Position numbers and translations under genes: made by a program. This document shows positions 12,051 through 27,167 of a stretch of DNA of 64,000 bases, one piece after another (positions within the stretch are counted from its first letter, which is position 1; each line of letters begins with the position of its first letter). The stretch lies in NCBI GenBank assembly GCA_964016885.1, contig OZ024763.1, positions 25,916,001 to 25,980,000 on the forward strand. Reading direction: 5' to 3'. A model generated the notes under the pieces. The model was not told the origin of the DNA and did no database searches. It saw nothing but the letters and a program-made list of their open reading frames with translations. This stretch comes from Eledone cirrhosa. Taxonomy: Eukaryota.

Positions 12051-12275
12051 AGATGCAGAATTTGCTTCAATATATATATATATGTTCATATATATAATAT
12101 ATTCATATATATGATATAATATATATAATATAATATACATAATATAATATAATATATATATATATAACAATTGAAAAAAAAACGGAGTTAAAGACTCGCG
12201 TTATATAATATAATATACAATAATATATATATATAATATAATATATATATTATATAATAATAATTTTTATATATA

Positions 12276-12306
<31 letters not shown>

Positions 12307-12443
12307 AACTCACATGTATATATAAATCTTTACGTACTGATCTAACCCCCAATCACTCTGGTGTATGGTGCAGAGTGAAACAGAGGAGGAGAGAAGAAGA
12401 GAGAAAAAGACTCACAGGTTCTCCTCTCATATCAACTCCCATA

Positions 12444-12742
12444 ATGCAACACTCTGTTGTTAGTGAGCTGGGAGAGTCACATGCATCATACATGTTGACT
12501 ACTATCTCCCAAAGAATGACCGAGCGCGGCCAAAACTGGACCGATAACGAAACGTTTGAACTGATCAACGTTTGGGGCGAAGAAGAAATCCAAGAGGGAC
12601 TAGAAAGCTGTAGGAACCGTCACATTTATGAACTTATACGCCAGAAGTTATTGGAAAGAGGTATTCAAAGGACAGTTCCCCAAGTTAAAGAACGGATGAG
12701 AACTTTGAAGAAGACTTACAAAAAATATATCGATATTGAAAG
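12444..12742 (+). CDS. Myb/SANT-like (Myb_DNA-bind_4/MSANTD, trihelix-type) DNA-binding domain, N-terminal exon A; start at 12444 or 12516
   Basis: MTERGQNWTDNETFELINVWGEEEIQEGLESCRNRHIYELIRQKLLERGIQRTVPQVKERMRTLKKTYKK carries the W..ET..LI..W and RT..Q...R...LK..Y motifs. It ends AG|GTATGG (phase-2 donor at 12743). Confidence 0.85.
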
Positions 12743-14049
12743 GTATGGCACATTTTTTTAATGAAACTATTATTGTTATACTATATTATTAAAATAACTT
12801 TCTGCCTTTCCCTTATGTATACATATTCACACGCCTAGTAAAAAAAAAAGTACCTGCCGCTATATATACGAATACCTTCCTTCTAAGCAACGAGTTATTA
12901 TCTTAATCTCTCTCACTCTCCCCTTTGATCACTTCTACCAGATTTTATATTAAATAAAATGATTTTAATTAGTGAAAGATCGAAATTAATATCGCTTAAT
13001 GAAATCGAATTTTGAATTAGTTTATTTGCTTTGGCGATCGCCAGGTTCCTCCCCCTTTCTCTGAGTAACACACATACGCACAACACACACATTAAAAAAA
13101 CCCTATTTAATATTATGAAAAAAATCCCTTACGACGAATTAAGAGTTATTTTATGGTTTAACAATAATCGACTGCGACAAATCGATTTATTATGGTCGTC
13201 ATTGATAAATATTGGATGATGTGTGAATGAATATATTTGAGAAAATTCTATACATTACATGTAAATACGTGGTTAGCTCAACCGGTGATTGGCCATATTC
13301 GCTTCCTCTTAAATATTCATTATTTCGTTTCATCATTACTTTTACAATACTGCCCGTCTAAAGAATACAAAAAAGAAAACATAAAAAAAGGAAAATTATA
13401 TATTTATATATTTCGTATGCTAATCGATAATCAATTTAAAAAAAAATAAATTTTTTAACTTAATACATGTGTACTATATACGGCGATGAATTTAAAAACA
13501 AAAAGATTTTTTTTTTTCAAAAACAAATTGAAGAAATATCCGGTCTTTAATTGAGAGTTATTTCCCCCTGTTTTAGAGGAGTTAAACACCGCACACACAC
13601 ACACACACACACATCTATACACTCGCGCGCGCACACACACACACACATTAAAACAATTCTCTTATCTCTTTACACTAATTAATTATTTATATTATTTTTT
13701 GTTAATTTGATCCTTATTTTTTTCTAGTTCGTTAATAAAAAAATTGTCCGCCCAACCAGAATTTGTTTCGATGTAAGTTAGTTAAATACTACGACATATA
13801 TACATATATATAATCATTATTATGTAGATTCGTCACAACATCAGACAAAAAATATCTTAAGATATTTCTTCCGGCTATTAATATTTTGAGTTCAAATCCT
13901 CCCGAAGTCAACCAACTTTGCTTATCTTCCTTCCGGGGCCGATAAAATGAAGCCCTAGTCCAGTTCAGTCCAGTACGAGGGTCGATTTGATCGACTTGGG
14001 CTACCCACGCCACTAAATTTCTGGCCTTATACCTAAATTAGAAATAATA

Positions 14050-14237
14050 ATTGTTTCTACTTTAGACACAAGGCCAGCAATTATCCCAGTGCATTACTGG
14101 TACTTTATTTTATCGACCCCGTAAGGATGAAAGGCAAAGTTAACCTCGGCGGGATTTGAACTCAGATCATAAAGGAACGTAACTATGCTGGAAAGCATGG
14201 CGTCCGACCCTCTACCGATACTGCCAATCCGCCACCC
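14050..14237 (-). mobile_element. SINE family 1 copy
   Basis: Reverse complement of 374-560. Confidence 0.85.
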
Positions 14238-14467
14238 TTAGAAATGATAATGATAATTACGGTTTCTGATTTAGGCACAATAATACTATATATATATATG
14301 TTAAGTATTTCCGAAGAAAAGGGAAAGGAAAAAAAGAGTGTTCTATGTATAAAACAGAGCTATTTAATAACCCTTTTGTCTGAACGAACTAAACGTATAT
14401 TAATACTGTCTAGGGTCCTGAAACCTTTGGTAATAGAGTAGTTATATATTGTGTTGTTCACTTTCTA

Positions 14468-14498
<31 letters not shown>

Positions 14499-14536
14499 AA
14501 CAAGAAAGACGGTTTCATTTGTACATCTCTATTTAT

Positions 14537-14606
14537 TTTGTTATACGTATTTCAAAGACGTAAGGCAGTTGTATAACAACAGCCTTACGTGTTCTCTTCA
14601 GACAAA
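14537..14606 (-). ncRNA. Type I hammerhead ribozyme motif
   Basis: Minus strand reads TTTGT-CTGAAGA-GAACACGTAAGGCTGTTG(TTATA)CAACTGCCTTACGTCTTT-GAAA-TACGTA-TA-ACAAA. Confidence 0.8.
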
Positions 14607-15105
<499 letters not shown>

Positions 15106-15537
15106 AAGTATAAAGGAAGTGCTCAAGCAAGGAAATTTTATAAAGTTAGCTTATAAAATAGGGTGAAGATCCTTAAAAGATGGAAAAAGAAGTTACCATC
15201 AACTTCTATGAGGAATTGAGCCCCATATCCTCCAGATAATAATAATAATTATTATTACTATTATTGACACAATCTTTAGAGCGTTGGACAAAATGCTTTG
15301 CTATATTTGTTCCGGTGTTTGTAATGTTCTGAGTTCAAATTCCTCCGAGGTCAACTAGGCTGTTCATACCTCTGCAATCATTGAATTCAAATACCAGTTA
15401 AGTACTGAGGAAAGGTGGGGGGAGAGGGGGGGGGGGTTTAGATTTCATTGGCACTCCTTCGTCCCCACTCTGCTTAAAATTGCCAGCCTTTGTCCCTAAA
15501 TTATAAACCATTATTATTAATATTATTATTATTATTA

Positions 15538-15730
15538 AGGGCGGTGGATTGGCAGTATCGGTAGAGGGTCGGACGCCATGCTTTCCAGCATAGTTACGTC
15601 CCTTTACGATCTGAGTTCAAATCCCGCTGAGGTTGACATTGCCTTTCATCCTTACTGGGTCGATAAAATAAAGTACCTGTAATACACTGGGGTAATTGCT
15701 GGCCTTGTGCCAAAAGTAGAAACAATTATT
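15538..15730 (+). mobile_element. SINE family 1 copy
   Basis: Near-identical to 374-560. Confidence 0.85.
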
Positions 15731-15739
15731 ATTACTCAA

Positions 15740-16750
15740 CGCTTTTGCTCTGGCAGACATTACACCAACACTATACCAAAAGAGCGAGCCATAGCCAATG
15801 GCCAAAGGTCCTTTGGGTCATTCCTTTACCTTCAACTCTCCAACACCCTATTTAGAATCCTTGCTGTTTTCTAGCAAGGCTTTTTTCTGCAACAATCCTG
15901 TGCTGATGGTAATTCCTAACTTCTCAAGCCATGCAAGAAAATAAACATTTAAAAAAATGAAATGTAGCAAATTCCCCAAAAGTGGGGAGACTGCAAGGGT
16001 CACAAAAAGCCTTGGTAACCGTGCCCTCTCTCAGATGTTCTCTTCCAATCTGCAGGTGTATACTTCATGCAGGTCCATTCATTTGGACCATGCTTGCCAC
16101 TCCCACCCACCTTTCAACAAACTGGTTGGAAAACAGCACTTCCCCTCATTGCCCTGATTTTCCTCTTCAAGTGAAAACTGAAAAAGTTAATCAGGGCTTT
16201 GCCAATGAGGAAAGTGCTTATTTTCAATCCGTTCAAATGTGTCCACTACACAACCTCTTTTGCCATGGACACATTTGCCACCAGGCAAATAAAAACTGCC
16301 TGCCCTTCCCCTCTAAAGAAAAACAGCCTGGTAATCTTCACAATGAACTCAGTTGATAGTTGGATCTGTCCCACACGTGACAGCAGGTGTTTGACATTAA
16401 ACCCACAAGTTAATAGTACTCAGACACATGGCTGGTGCATGCAGGATGGTTTCGCCACTCTTGGGCATCTCGGTCAGGCCCGGCTGATGGCACTTCCTTG
16501 CCTGTAGAGTTTATCTCAAGTGGCAAAACTTCTCAGCATCACTTCCAGATTTCTAGACGTTATCCGTGGGCTCTGGACTGAAGATCCTCTGGAAAAGTGT
16601 GGCTAGTTGATTTTCATCAACACCCAGAGCCTCCCCAACAATGTTGTCATCTTTTCCTGCCAATAACCCTCTATAGAATGCCAAGGTGGAAATTCCACCG
16701 ATCATACTGCTCGATTGGCTGAGGGTTGTGAGCACTTGACTAAGGACTAC
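15740..16750 (-). mobile_element. Degenerate L1/Tx1-like LINE 3' region
   Basis: Minus frames give DKLYRQGSAISRA*PRC..GETILHA...C..NLW, resembling the C-terminal zinc knuckle of L1/Tx1 ORF2. Many stops and frameshifts. Confidence 0.5.
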
Positions 16751-16999
16751 ATCTCTGTTAACCCTTTAGCATTTACATTACTCTATATTTACTATTGTAT
16801 TTTGATGGTAAATGCTTTATCTCACATAATTATCTCACATAATATCGAATCTATGAGATTTTGATATGATTTATTTTGAGAACAATACCTTAACATCAGT
16901 ATGAGTGACTAGTTACGGCCAGTTTGAACAGAAAGGGGTTTAGCCCTTTAGCATTTAAACTGGCTGTAACCATCTGCTCATACTGATGGTATATATCAT

Positions 17000-19900
17000 A
17001 TATCATCATCGTTGTGATCACAGTTGAACATTCTTGAAAAAGTCTCTCCACAATTCATGATTTTTCCATTACTACTTGCAACTGGTCCCTTCTGAGGTTT
17101 GTATCATCTCCCACAATAGTAGCTTGTGTAAAACTTCCTGCTTATTTCTCCAGCCATGTCCTGCAAATCGTAACCATTTTTGAGCAATTGTAGTTGTTAT
17201 CTTGGGCAAGTTTCTGTATAAACTTTCATTTATAATTTGTTGATGCCAGTTTATGATTTGTCCAACCGCAAGTATTTTAGTGTAAATACCATCTAGTTTC
17301 TTCTCCAGTGTTTGTGTCAGGGTCCATGTACCTGATACAGCAACACTGACTCAAGTGGTTGTATCAGGGTCTGTGTACCTGATACAGCAACACTGACTCA
17401 AGTGGTTGTATCAGGGTCTGTGTATCTGATCCATACAACACTGACTCAAGTACTTGTGTCAGGGTCTGTGTATCTGATCCATACAACACTGACCCAAGTG
17501 CTTGTGTTAGGATCTGTGTACCTGATCCATACAACAACACTGACTCAAGTGCTTGTGTCAGGGTCTGTGTATCTGATCCATACAGCACTGACTCAAGTGC
17601 TGGTGTCAGGGTCCATGTACCTGATCCATACAGCACTGACTCAAGTGCTGGTGTCAGGGTCCATGTACCTGATCCATACAACAACACTGGCTCAGGTGCT
17701 GGTGTCGGGATCCATGTACCTGATCCATACAACAACACTGGTTCAAGTACTGGTGTTGGGGTCTATGTACCTGATCCATACAACAACACTGGCTCAAGTG
17801 CTGGTGTCAGGGTCCATGTACCTGATCCATACAACAACACTAACTCAAGTGCTAGTGTCAGGGTCCATGTACCTGATCCATACAACAACACTGGCTCAGG
17901 TGCTGGTGTCGGGATCCATGTACCTGATCCATACAACAACACTAACTCAAGTGCTGGTGTCAGGGTCCATATACTTGATCTATACAACAACACTGGCTCA
18001 AGTGCTGGTGTCAGGGTCCATATACTTGATCTATACAACAACACTGGCTCAAGTGCTGGTGTCAGGGTCTATGTACCTGATCCATACAACAACACTGGCT
18101 CAAGTGCTGGTGTCAGGGTCCATGTAGCTGATCCATACAACAACACTAACTCAAGTGCTAGTGTCAGGGTCCATGTAGCTGATCCATACAACAACACTGG
18201 CTCAGGTGCTGGTGTCAGGGTCCATGTACCTGATCCATACAACAACACTAACTCAAGTGCTGGTGTCAGGGTCTATGTACCTGATCCATACAACAACACT
18301 GGCTCAGGTGCTGGTGTCAGGGTCCATGTAGCTGATCCATACAACAACACTAACTCAAGTGCTAGTGTCAGGGTCCATGTAGCTGATCCATACAACAACA
18401 CTGGCTCAAGTGCTGGTGTCAGGGTCCATGTACCTGATCCATACAACAACACTAACTCAAGTGCTAGTGTCAGGGTCCATGTAGCTGATCCATACAACAA
18501 CACTGGCTCAGGTGCTGGTGTCAGGGTCCATGTAGCTGATCCATACAACAACACTAACTCAAGTGCTAGTGTCAGGGTCCATGTAGCTGATCCATACAAC
18601 AACACTGGCTCAAGTGCTGGTGTCAGGGTCCATGTAGCTGATCCATACAACAACACTGGCTCAAGTGCTGGTGTCAGGGTCCATGTACCTGATCCATACA
18701 ACAACACTGGCTCAAGTGCTGGTGTCAGGGTCCATGTACCTGATCCATACAACAACACTGGCTCAAGTGCTGGTGTCAGGGTCCATGTAGCTGATCCATA
18801 CAACAACACTAACTCAAGTGCTAGTGTCAGGGTCCATGTAGCTGATCCATACAACAACACTGGCTCAAGTGCTGGTGTCAGGGTCCATGTAGCTGATCCA
18901 TACAACAACACTGGCTCAAGTGCTGGTGTCAGGGTCTATGTACCTGATCCATACAACAACACTGGCTCAAGTGCTGGTGTCAGGGTCCATATACTTGATC
19001 TATACAACAACACTGGCTCAAGTGCTGGTGTCAGGGTCCATATACTTGATCTATACAACAACACTGGCTCAAGTGCTGGTGTCAGGGTCTATGTAGCTGA
19101 TCCATACAACAACACTGGCTCAAGTGCTGGTGTCAGGGTCCATATACTTGATCTATACAACAACACTGGCTCAAGTGCTGGTGTCAGGGTCTATGTACCT
19201 GATCCATACAACAACACTGGCTCAAGTGCTGGTGTCAGGGTCTATGTACCTGATCCATACAACAACACTGGCTCAAGTGCTGGTGTCAGGGTCCATATAC
19301 TTGATCTATACAACAACACTGGCTCAAGTGCTGGTGTCAGGGTCTATGTACCTGATCCATACAACAACACTGGCTCAAGTGCTGGTGTCAGGGTCTATGT
19401 ACCTGATCCATACAACAACACTGGCTCAAGTGCTGGTGTCAGGGTCTATGTAGCTGATCCATACAACAACACTGGCTCAAGTGCTGGTGTCAGGGTCCAT
19501 ATACTTGATCCATACAACAACACTGGCTCAAGTGCTGGTGTCAGGGTCTATGTACCTGATCCATACAACACTGGCTCAAGTGCTGGTGTCAGGGTCTATG
19601 TACCTGATCCATACAACACTGGCTCAAGTGCTGGTGTCAGGGTCCATATACTTGATCTATACAACAACACTGGCTCAAGTGCTGGTGTCAGGGTCTATGT
19701 ACCTGATCCATACAACACTGGCTCAATAGATGTTCTGAAGAATGGTATTTTGATTTTTCTGAGTAGATCTGACTTCCACATCCTTTCCATTTTGTTCATT
19801 GCAGCAGCCCAGACTTTGGTAATTCTAATGTTAATGTCCTTTTTTGATGAACTCGACCAGCTGCCCAAATATGGTAAATCATCAACTTGATTTAGTATCC

Positions 19901-20010
19901 CACCATCCAGTGTGACAAGATTTCTATCTTCTTGGTTTATGTCCTCTGTCTTGATAATATTTATGTATAGACTAATTTTCTTGGCAGAGAATTCAGCATA
20001 TAAAAAGTGG
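17000..20010 (-). mobile_element. RTE-type LINE fragment interrupted by an internal minisatellite
   Basis: Minus strand encodes LNQVDDLPYLGSW...KDINIRITKVWAAAMNKMERMWKSDLLRKIKIPFFRTSIEPVLYGS before the array. After it: WTLTQTLEKKLDGIYTKIL...INW...LYRNLPKIT...LRFAGH...LLLWE. Confidence 0.82.
17310..19727. repeat. 51-bp minisatellite, about 47 copies
   Basis: Unit CTGATCCATACAACAACACTGGCTCAAGTGCTGGTGTCAGGGTCCATGTAC. Confidence 0.95.
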
Positions 20011-20537
20011 TGTGCTCATTCATGTGCGAAGATGCTATGAAATAGCTTATGAAATCGGGTGAAGATACATAAAGACAGAAAATGAAGTTACCATTGGCTG
20101 TTGGAGAAACCATGTACCTACTTATAGTGGCTAATGGCAACTTCCTTTTCCATCATTGATCCTTTGCCATTCACATCATATAATATCGAATCTATGAGAT
20201 TTTGATATTATTTATTTTGAGAACAATACCTTAACATAAGTATGAGTGGCCAGTTACAGCTGGTTTGAACAGAAAGAGGTGAGAGAATTCTGGCTGGATA
20301 TGGTCAGTTTAAACCTTCAGTATTTACCCCCCCCGTCCGCTTTTCCCTGCTTGATTCTGGCTTAATTTCTACAGTTGGATGCCCTTCCTAACACCAACCT
20401 CATTTACAGTGAGTGCTGGGTGCTTTTTTTGCCGGGCACCTCCATGACCGTTTCTACAGCTGAGTAAACTGGAGCAATGTGAAATAAAGTGTCTTTCGAT
20501 AGCAAGGCCAATGCTCTAACCACTAAGCCATGTGCCT

Positions 20538-20571
<34 letters not shown>

Positions 20572-20572
<1 letters not shown>

Positions 20573-20913
20573 CATCATCATCATTTCATTTTACGTCTGC
20601 TTTTTCCCTGCTTGCAAGGGTGGGACGGTAACTAATTTTGGCTTGATTTCTACAGCTGGATGCCCTTCCTAAAACCAACCTCATTTACAGTGAGTGCTGG
20701 GTGCTTTTTTGCCGTGGCACCTACACGACCACTTTGCAGTGGAATGATATGGACCCCAGTCCCTATCATCTCATTTCTACAGCTGAGTAAAGTGGAGCAA
20801 TGTGAAATAAAGTGTCTTGCTCAAGGAAACAACACATCACCCGGTCTGAGAATTGAACTCACAACCTTTCGATTGCAAGGCCAATGCTCTAACCACTAAG
20901 CCATGTGCCTCCA
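20572..20913 (-). mobile_element. SINE family 2 copy
   Basis: Reverse complement of 4114-4453. An internally deleted copy lies just upstream (~20340-20540). Confidence 0.85.
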
Positions 20914-22301
20914 TGTGCAGTTTATATATAATATTGTCTTTTTTAAATGTATCATGGATTACTTTACTGATTACATAAGACAGTGTAACAGTCTCTCTTC
21001 AATTTCTGTGCATATTGTCAATTTCGATTTTATTTGACATATCATATCTACATGCATATATACTTGCGTATAATATCAATATGCACACTACACAAGCTAG
21101 CAGAAAAAACAGCCGATGGGTGGTTTTTCTGTTAGTATATATATATATAGAGAGAGAGAGAGAGTGTATAAAATCAGGGCAGTATTTATATGTATACGAT
21201 CATCATATTTTTAGTGTCTATTTTCCGCGCATACATGGGTTAGACCAGTTGTCATGTTGTGAGACTGTTCAGGTCAAGTGACCATGTCTTGCTCATACAG
21301 ATCTGTATTTTGGTACTTTCTTGTGTCACCATCACAACCACCTCACAAGGTGGACTGGGTGCTTTTTTTTATCATGTCACCATCACATCCAGCTTACAGG
21401 GTGGACTGGGTGCTTTTTTGTCGTGTCACCAACATGAACACCTTACAGGGTGGACGGAGTACTCTGTTCAAGTAAAACGCCCAACGTGATAGTGCTCCCA
21501 CATCTGGGACGGTACTGCGGCCTCCCACCTGTACATAAATACATCCTAGACCCCCCCCCCCCATCCCCACCAAAAAAAGGGTCACTTGTATTGATTGGCT
21601 GGCATAGAGTCACTGATGGACAGGCTCTAGACTGTCTCACATTTCTATTGCTGCCTCTATGGCGTTTGGTCCTCCGAGGTGGTTGACCTTATGTCACCTT
21701 CACTCGGGCCACTCTGGCCTCATGCGTCTCATTATCTCATCACTCTTTATCGGGCCCAACCTCAATCTTCGCGCTCACTCTCTCCCTCCTTCAGCTCTGC
21801 ACTAACCTCTAACCCAATCCTTCTTTCTCAGAACATCATCCCTCTGGAATTCTTTCCCTGCACATAGCAAAAATTAAAAATGTATAAATGGGCAGTGTCT
21901 TTCATAGTAAAGGAATGGTTAAAGTGTTTGGTGCACCAGTGGTGGTTATGATAATGTTATATACATATATTATCATCATCTTGTAGCTGTCACGACAAAA
22001 AGCACCTAGTACTCACTGTAAATGAGGTTGGCATTAGGAAGGGCATCCAGCTGTAGAAACCAAACCAAAATCAGTTCTCTATGAGCAAGACATGGTCACC
22101 TAGCCTAGCATTGCCCACAACAAGACAATTCATCTAACCCATGCTAGCAGGGAAAATGGACATAAAACAATGATGATGATCATTATCATTTTTACATCTG
22201 TTTTTCCACACTTACATGGGCTTGCCAGGTCCTTCGCAGCACAGCATCTCTCCACTCGCTGCATTCCTTTGTCATCTTCTCTGTCTGTAAGTCTCAGCAG
22301 T

Positions 22302-22515
22302 TTAATCCTTTAGCATTTTAAACTGGCCACAACCGGCCAGAGTTCTCTCAACTTTTTCTGTTCAAACTGGCCATAACTGGCTGTTCATGTAAAGGTATTG
22401 TTCTCAACATAAATAATATCAAAATCTCATAGTCAATATTATGTGAGATAATTATGTAAGGTAAAGTGTTTACCATGAAAATATAATAAATATAATGTAA
22501 ATGCTAAAGGGTTAA
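22302..22515. mobile_element. piggyBac-like MITE; other copies or fragments at about 8163-8376, 16758-16960, 20180-20310, 61793-62006, 62048-62250, 62330-62492
   Basis: Family termini TTAA|CCCTTTAGCATTTA...TAAATGCTAAAGGG|TTAA with a shared internal sequence. This copy is inserted into a minus-strand RTE 3' fragment (~22190-22630). Confidence 0.72.
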
Positions 22516-22816
22516 AGTCAACTCTCACCATCTATGCCCAGGTCTTTCTTGGTCTTATTCTACCACGGGTTCCTTCCACTGGCATTTCCTGACACTTTTT
22601 CACCCATTGATCATCATCCTTGCGCATAAGAACAGAGATAGTGGTTTATGTGTGTGGGGTGGATATATATATATATAAACAATGAGTTATTTGGTTTGTT
22701 GATTATTCAACAAAGTTAATTTTACAACAGATTAGAAGCACTCAACAAAATTTATCTGGGGTATCATTAATATCAATAATATTGATAAATGGAAAATATC
22801 TTTATAAAACCATATT

Positions 22817-22877
22817 TATTTTATTATACGTATTTCAAGGGTACTAATATTTAAGTACGCTTTCGTCAGATAAAATA
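22817..22877 (-). ncRNA. Type I hammerhead ribozyme motif
   Basis: Minus strand reads TATTTTAT-CTGACGA-AAGCGTAC(TTAAATATTA)GTACCCTT-GAAA-TACGTA-TA-ATAAAATA. Confidence 0.8.
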
Positions 22878-23021
22878 TAATTGTTTCTACCTTTGGCACA
22901 AGGCCAGCAATTACCCAGTACATTACTGGTACTTTATTTTATCGACCCCGAACTGGTGTTAAGATAGTGACATATCTTCATGTGAACTTAATGTTCTAAG
23001 TTCAGTGAGGATATATATATA

Positions 23022-23290
23022 TGGCTTAGTGGTTAGAGCATTGGCCTTGCAATCGAAAGGTTGTGAGTTCAATTCTCAGACCGGGTGATGTGTTGTTTTC
23101 TTGAGCAAGACACTTTATTTCACATTGCTCCAGTTTACTCAGCTGTAGAAATGAGATGATAGGACTGGGGTCCCTACTATCATTCCACTGCAAAGTGGTC
23201 GTGGAGGTGCCATGGCAAAAAAGCACTGTAAATGAGGTTGGTGTTAGGAAGGGCATCCAGTTGTAGAAATCAAGCCAGAATCAGTTTCCC
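23022..23290 (+). mobile_element. SINE family 2 copy, 3' truncated
   Basis: Matches 4122-4400. Confidence 0.83.
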
Positions 23291-23705
23291 TTTTTTAAGA
23301 AAATAACTTTTGAAGAACTATATTGATTAAATGCCATCTGTGAACTAAAGAAAATTTTTGAAAGTATTAACAGAGAGAGATAGAGTGTGTGTATGTGTGA
23401 GAGGAGATGAGGGAAAAAGGGAAAGAGAAATACATAGTGATAGAAAGAGAGAACATTTGTCATGACAACAGCAGAGCTGCTAAGGAAGAAGAAGAGAAGG
23501 AAATAGAGAAGAGAGATGTAATGCAGTAGAGAGCAAATGATAGATAAAAGTGAATGAGTAATGAGAAGAAAGGTGAAACGCGTAAAGTCTGAAATGAAGA
23601 AAGCATGGGAGGAACAGAAGATTTTTAGATTGTGACATAAAAATGAGGAGGAAAAATGGGGGCATTCACACAAACATTTAGAAGTGTGTGTGCATATATA
23701 TATAT

Positions 23706-23885
23706 AATGAAGGAAATGTGGTAAGGAACCAGGTGGACCATAACGCACCAAAGTACTCAATACTTAGGGTAGTAGAGTGGGTAATAGGAACGAGTAGGAC
23801 CCCGACGGCTGAGCTCAAGCCGTTTCGAAGTCCAGAATTAGCCGTCGAAACGGCTTGAGCTCAGCCGTCGGGGTCCTACTCGTTC

Positions 23886-23888
<3 letters not shown>
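23706..23888 (-). mobile_element. Second copy of the 4714-4925 fold-back element
   Basis: Reverse complement of 4714-4925 with a shorter palindrome centre, flanked by (TA)n on both sides. Confidence 0.72.
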
Positions 23889-23917
<29 letters not shown>

Positions 23918-24036
23918 ATATGATTCCAGTTCCTCAGAGAAATAACAACACAACCAGGAGCTGGACATATCGGAGTATTGATGGAGTAAAACGCACTTCA
24001 ACAACATGTGTACCTGTCTCTTCCACTCCAATTTGG

Positions 24037-24091
24037 ATTGCCTGAAGAGGTCACAGCCAATGATGGCTGTCACCGAAATATATATAGCAGT
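24037..24091 (+). ncRNA. Type I hammerhead ribozyme motif
   Basis: ATTGC-CTGAAGA-GGTCACAGCCA(ATGA)TGGCTGTCACC-GAAA-TATATA-TA-GCAGT. Confidence 0.8.
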
Positions 24092-24171
24092 ATATCTATA
24101 ATTTATAATAAAAGAAGCCAAATTTTACATATTTGACTTAATTATTATACATTACTCCGGAGTAAACAAAC

Positions 24172-24371
24172 NNNNNNNNNNNNNNNNNNNNNNNNNNNNN
24201 NNNNNNNNNNNNNNNNNNNNNNNNNNNNNNNNNNNNNNNNNNNNNNNNNNNNNNNNNNNNNNNNNNNNNNNNNNNNNNNNNNNNNNNNNNNNNNNNNNNN
24301 NNNNNNNNNNNNNNNNNNNNNNNNNNNNNNNNNNNNNNNNNNNNNNNNNNNNNNNNNNNNNNNNNNNNNNN
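24172..24371. other. Assembly gap (200 N)
   Basis: Run of N with GTAAACAAAC on both sides. Confidence 0.99.
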
Positions 24372-24519
24372 GTAAACAAACCAATCTACGTACTTCGTTG
24401 AGTACTCCAGTCTGTATACTGAGGTGTTGGTAAACAACCAATATACTCAAAATTTATATATATATGTGAGTGTGTGTGTATGTATGTATGTATGTATGTA
24501 TGTATGTATGTGTGTGTGC

Positions 24520-24556
<37 letters not shown>

Positions 24557-24881
24557 GATCTAAAAAGTCTAAAGTCTGTCTTAAGCCAGAAGACTCATTT
24601 GGCTGGTGCTTATCCCAGTTTCATGGCGTGAAGCGACTGAGAACACAAGACTCCTCCCTGGACAGGACAGCAGTCCATCGCAGGGTTAAACACCCAGCTT
24701 TTGCTGCTACTCACTTTCAGCTGAGTGTGTTTTGCTCAAGAACACAACACGTAACCCAGGAATCAAACCCATGACATTATGATTCTAAGTCCAATACCCT
24801 TACCACTAGGCCATCTGCTTCCACATATATATATATATGTGTATATGTGTGTATATATATATATGTGTGTGTGTGTGTATG

Positions 24882-24950
<69 letters not shown>

Positions 24951-24955
24951 GTATG

Positions 24956-25080
<125 letters not shown>

Positions 25081-25511
25081 GTATATATGTATGTATATAT
25101 ATGCATGTATATATGTATGTATATATATGCATGTATATATGTATGTATATATGTATGTATATATATATATGTATGTATATATATATATGTATGTATATAT
25201 GTATGTATATATGTATGTATATATATATATGTATGTATATATGTATGTATATATATATATGTATGTATATATATATATATGTATGTATATATATATATAT
25301 GTATGTATATATATATATGTATGTATATATATATATGTATGTATATATATATGTATGTATATATATATATGTATGTATATATATATATGTATGTATGTAT
25401 ATATATGTATGTATGTATATATATATATGTATATATGTATGTATGTATATATGTATGTATATATGTATGTATGTATGTATATATATATATATATATATGT
25501 ATGTATATATG

Positions 25512-25542
<31 letters not shown>

Positions 25543-25586
25543 GTATATATGTATATATATATGTATATATGTATATATTATATATG

Positions 25587-25637
<51 letters not shown>

Positions 25638-25663
25638 GTATATATATATGTTATATATATATG

Positions 25664-25698
<35 letters not shown>

Positions 25699-25788
25699 GT
25701 ATATATATATGTATATATATATGTATATATATAGTATATATGTATATATATATGTATATATATATATATATGTATATATGTATATATG

Positions 25789-25841
<53 letters not shown>

Positions 25842-25944
25842 GTATATATATGTATATATATGTATATATATATATGTATATATGTATATATATATATATG
25901 TATGTATATATATATATATGTATGTATATATATATATATGTATG

Positions 25945-25993
<49 letters not shown>

Positions 25994-26008
25994 GTATATA
26001 TATGTATG

Positions 26009-26055
<47 letters not shown>

Positions 26056-26335
26056 GTATATATATGTATATATATGTATATATATATATATATGTATATA
26101 TATATGTATATATATATATATGTATATATATGTATATATATGTATATATATGTATATGTATATATATGTATATATATGTATGTATATATATATATGTATA
26201 TATATATGTATATATATATATATATTATATATATGTATATATATGTATATATATATATATATGTATATATATATGTATATATATATATATATGTATATAT
26301 ATATGTATATATATATATATATGTATATATATATG

Positions 26336-26414
<79 letters not shown>

Positions 26415-26457
26415 GTATATATATATATGTATATATATATATGTATATATATATATG

Positions 26458-26488
<31 letters not shown>

Positions 26489-26754
26489 GTATATATATGT
26501 ATATATGTATATATATGTATATATATATGTATATATATGTATATATATGTATATATATATGTATATATATGTATATATATATATATATATGTATATATAT
26601 GTATATATATGTATATATATGTATATATATATGTAGTATATATGTATATATATGTATATATATATGTAATATATATGTATATATATTGTATATATATATG
26701 TATATATATATGTATATAGTATGTATATATATATATATATGTATAATATATATG

Positions 26755-26796
<42 letters not shown>

Positions 26797-26806
26797 TATG
26801 TATATG

Positions 26807-26837
<31 letters not shown>

Positions 26838-26840
26838 GTG

Positions 26841-27077
<237 letters not shown>

Positions 27078-27136
27078 ATATATATATATATGTATATATA
27101 TATGTATATATATATGTATATATATATGTATATATG

Positions 27137-27167
<31 letters not shown>

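Noticed and set aside
17310-19727. CRISPR-like array or repetitive protein
   Set aside because: No unique spacers, eukaryotic context, and the unit derives from an RTE LINE with stops in many copies.
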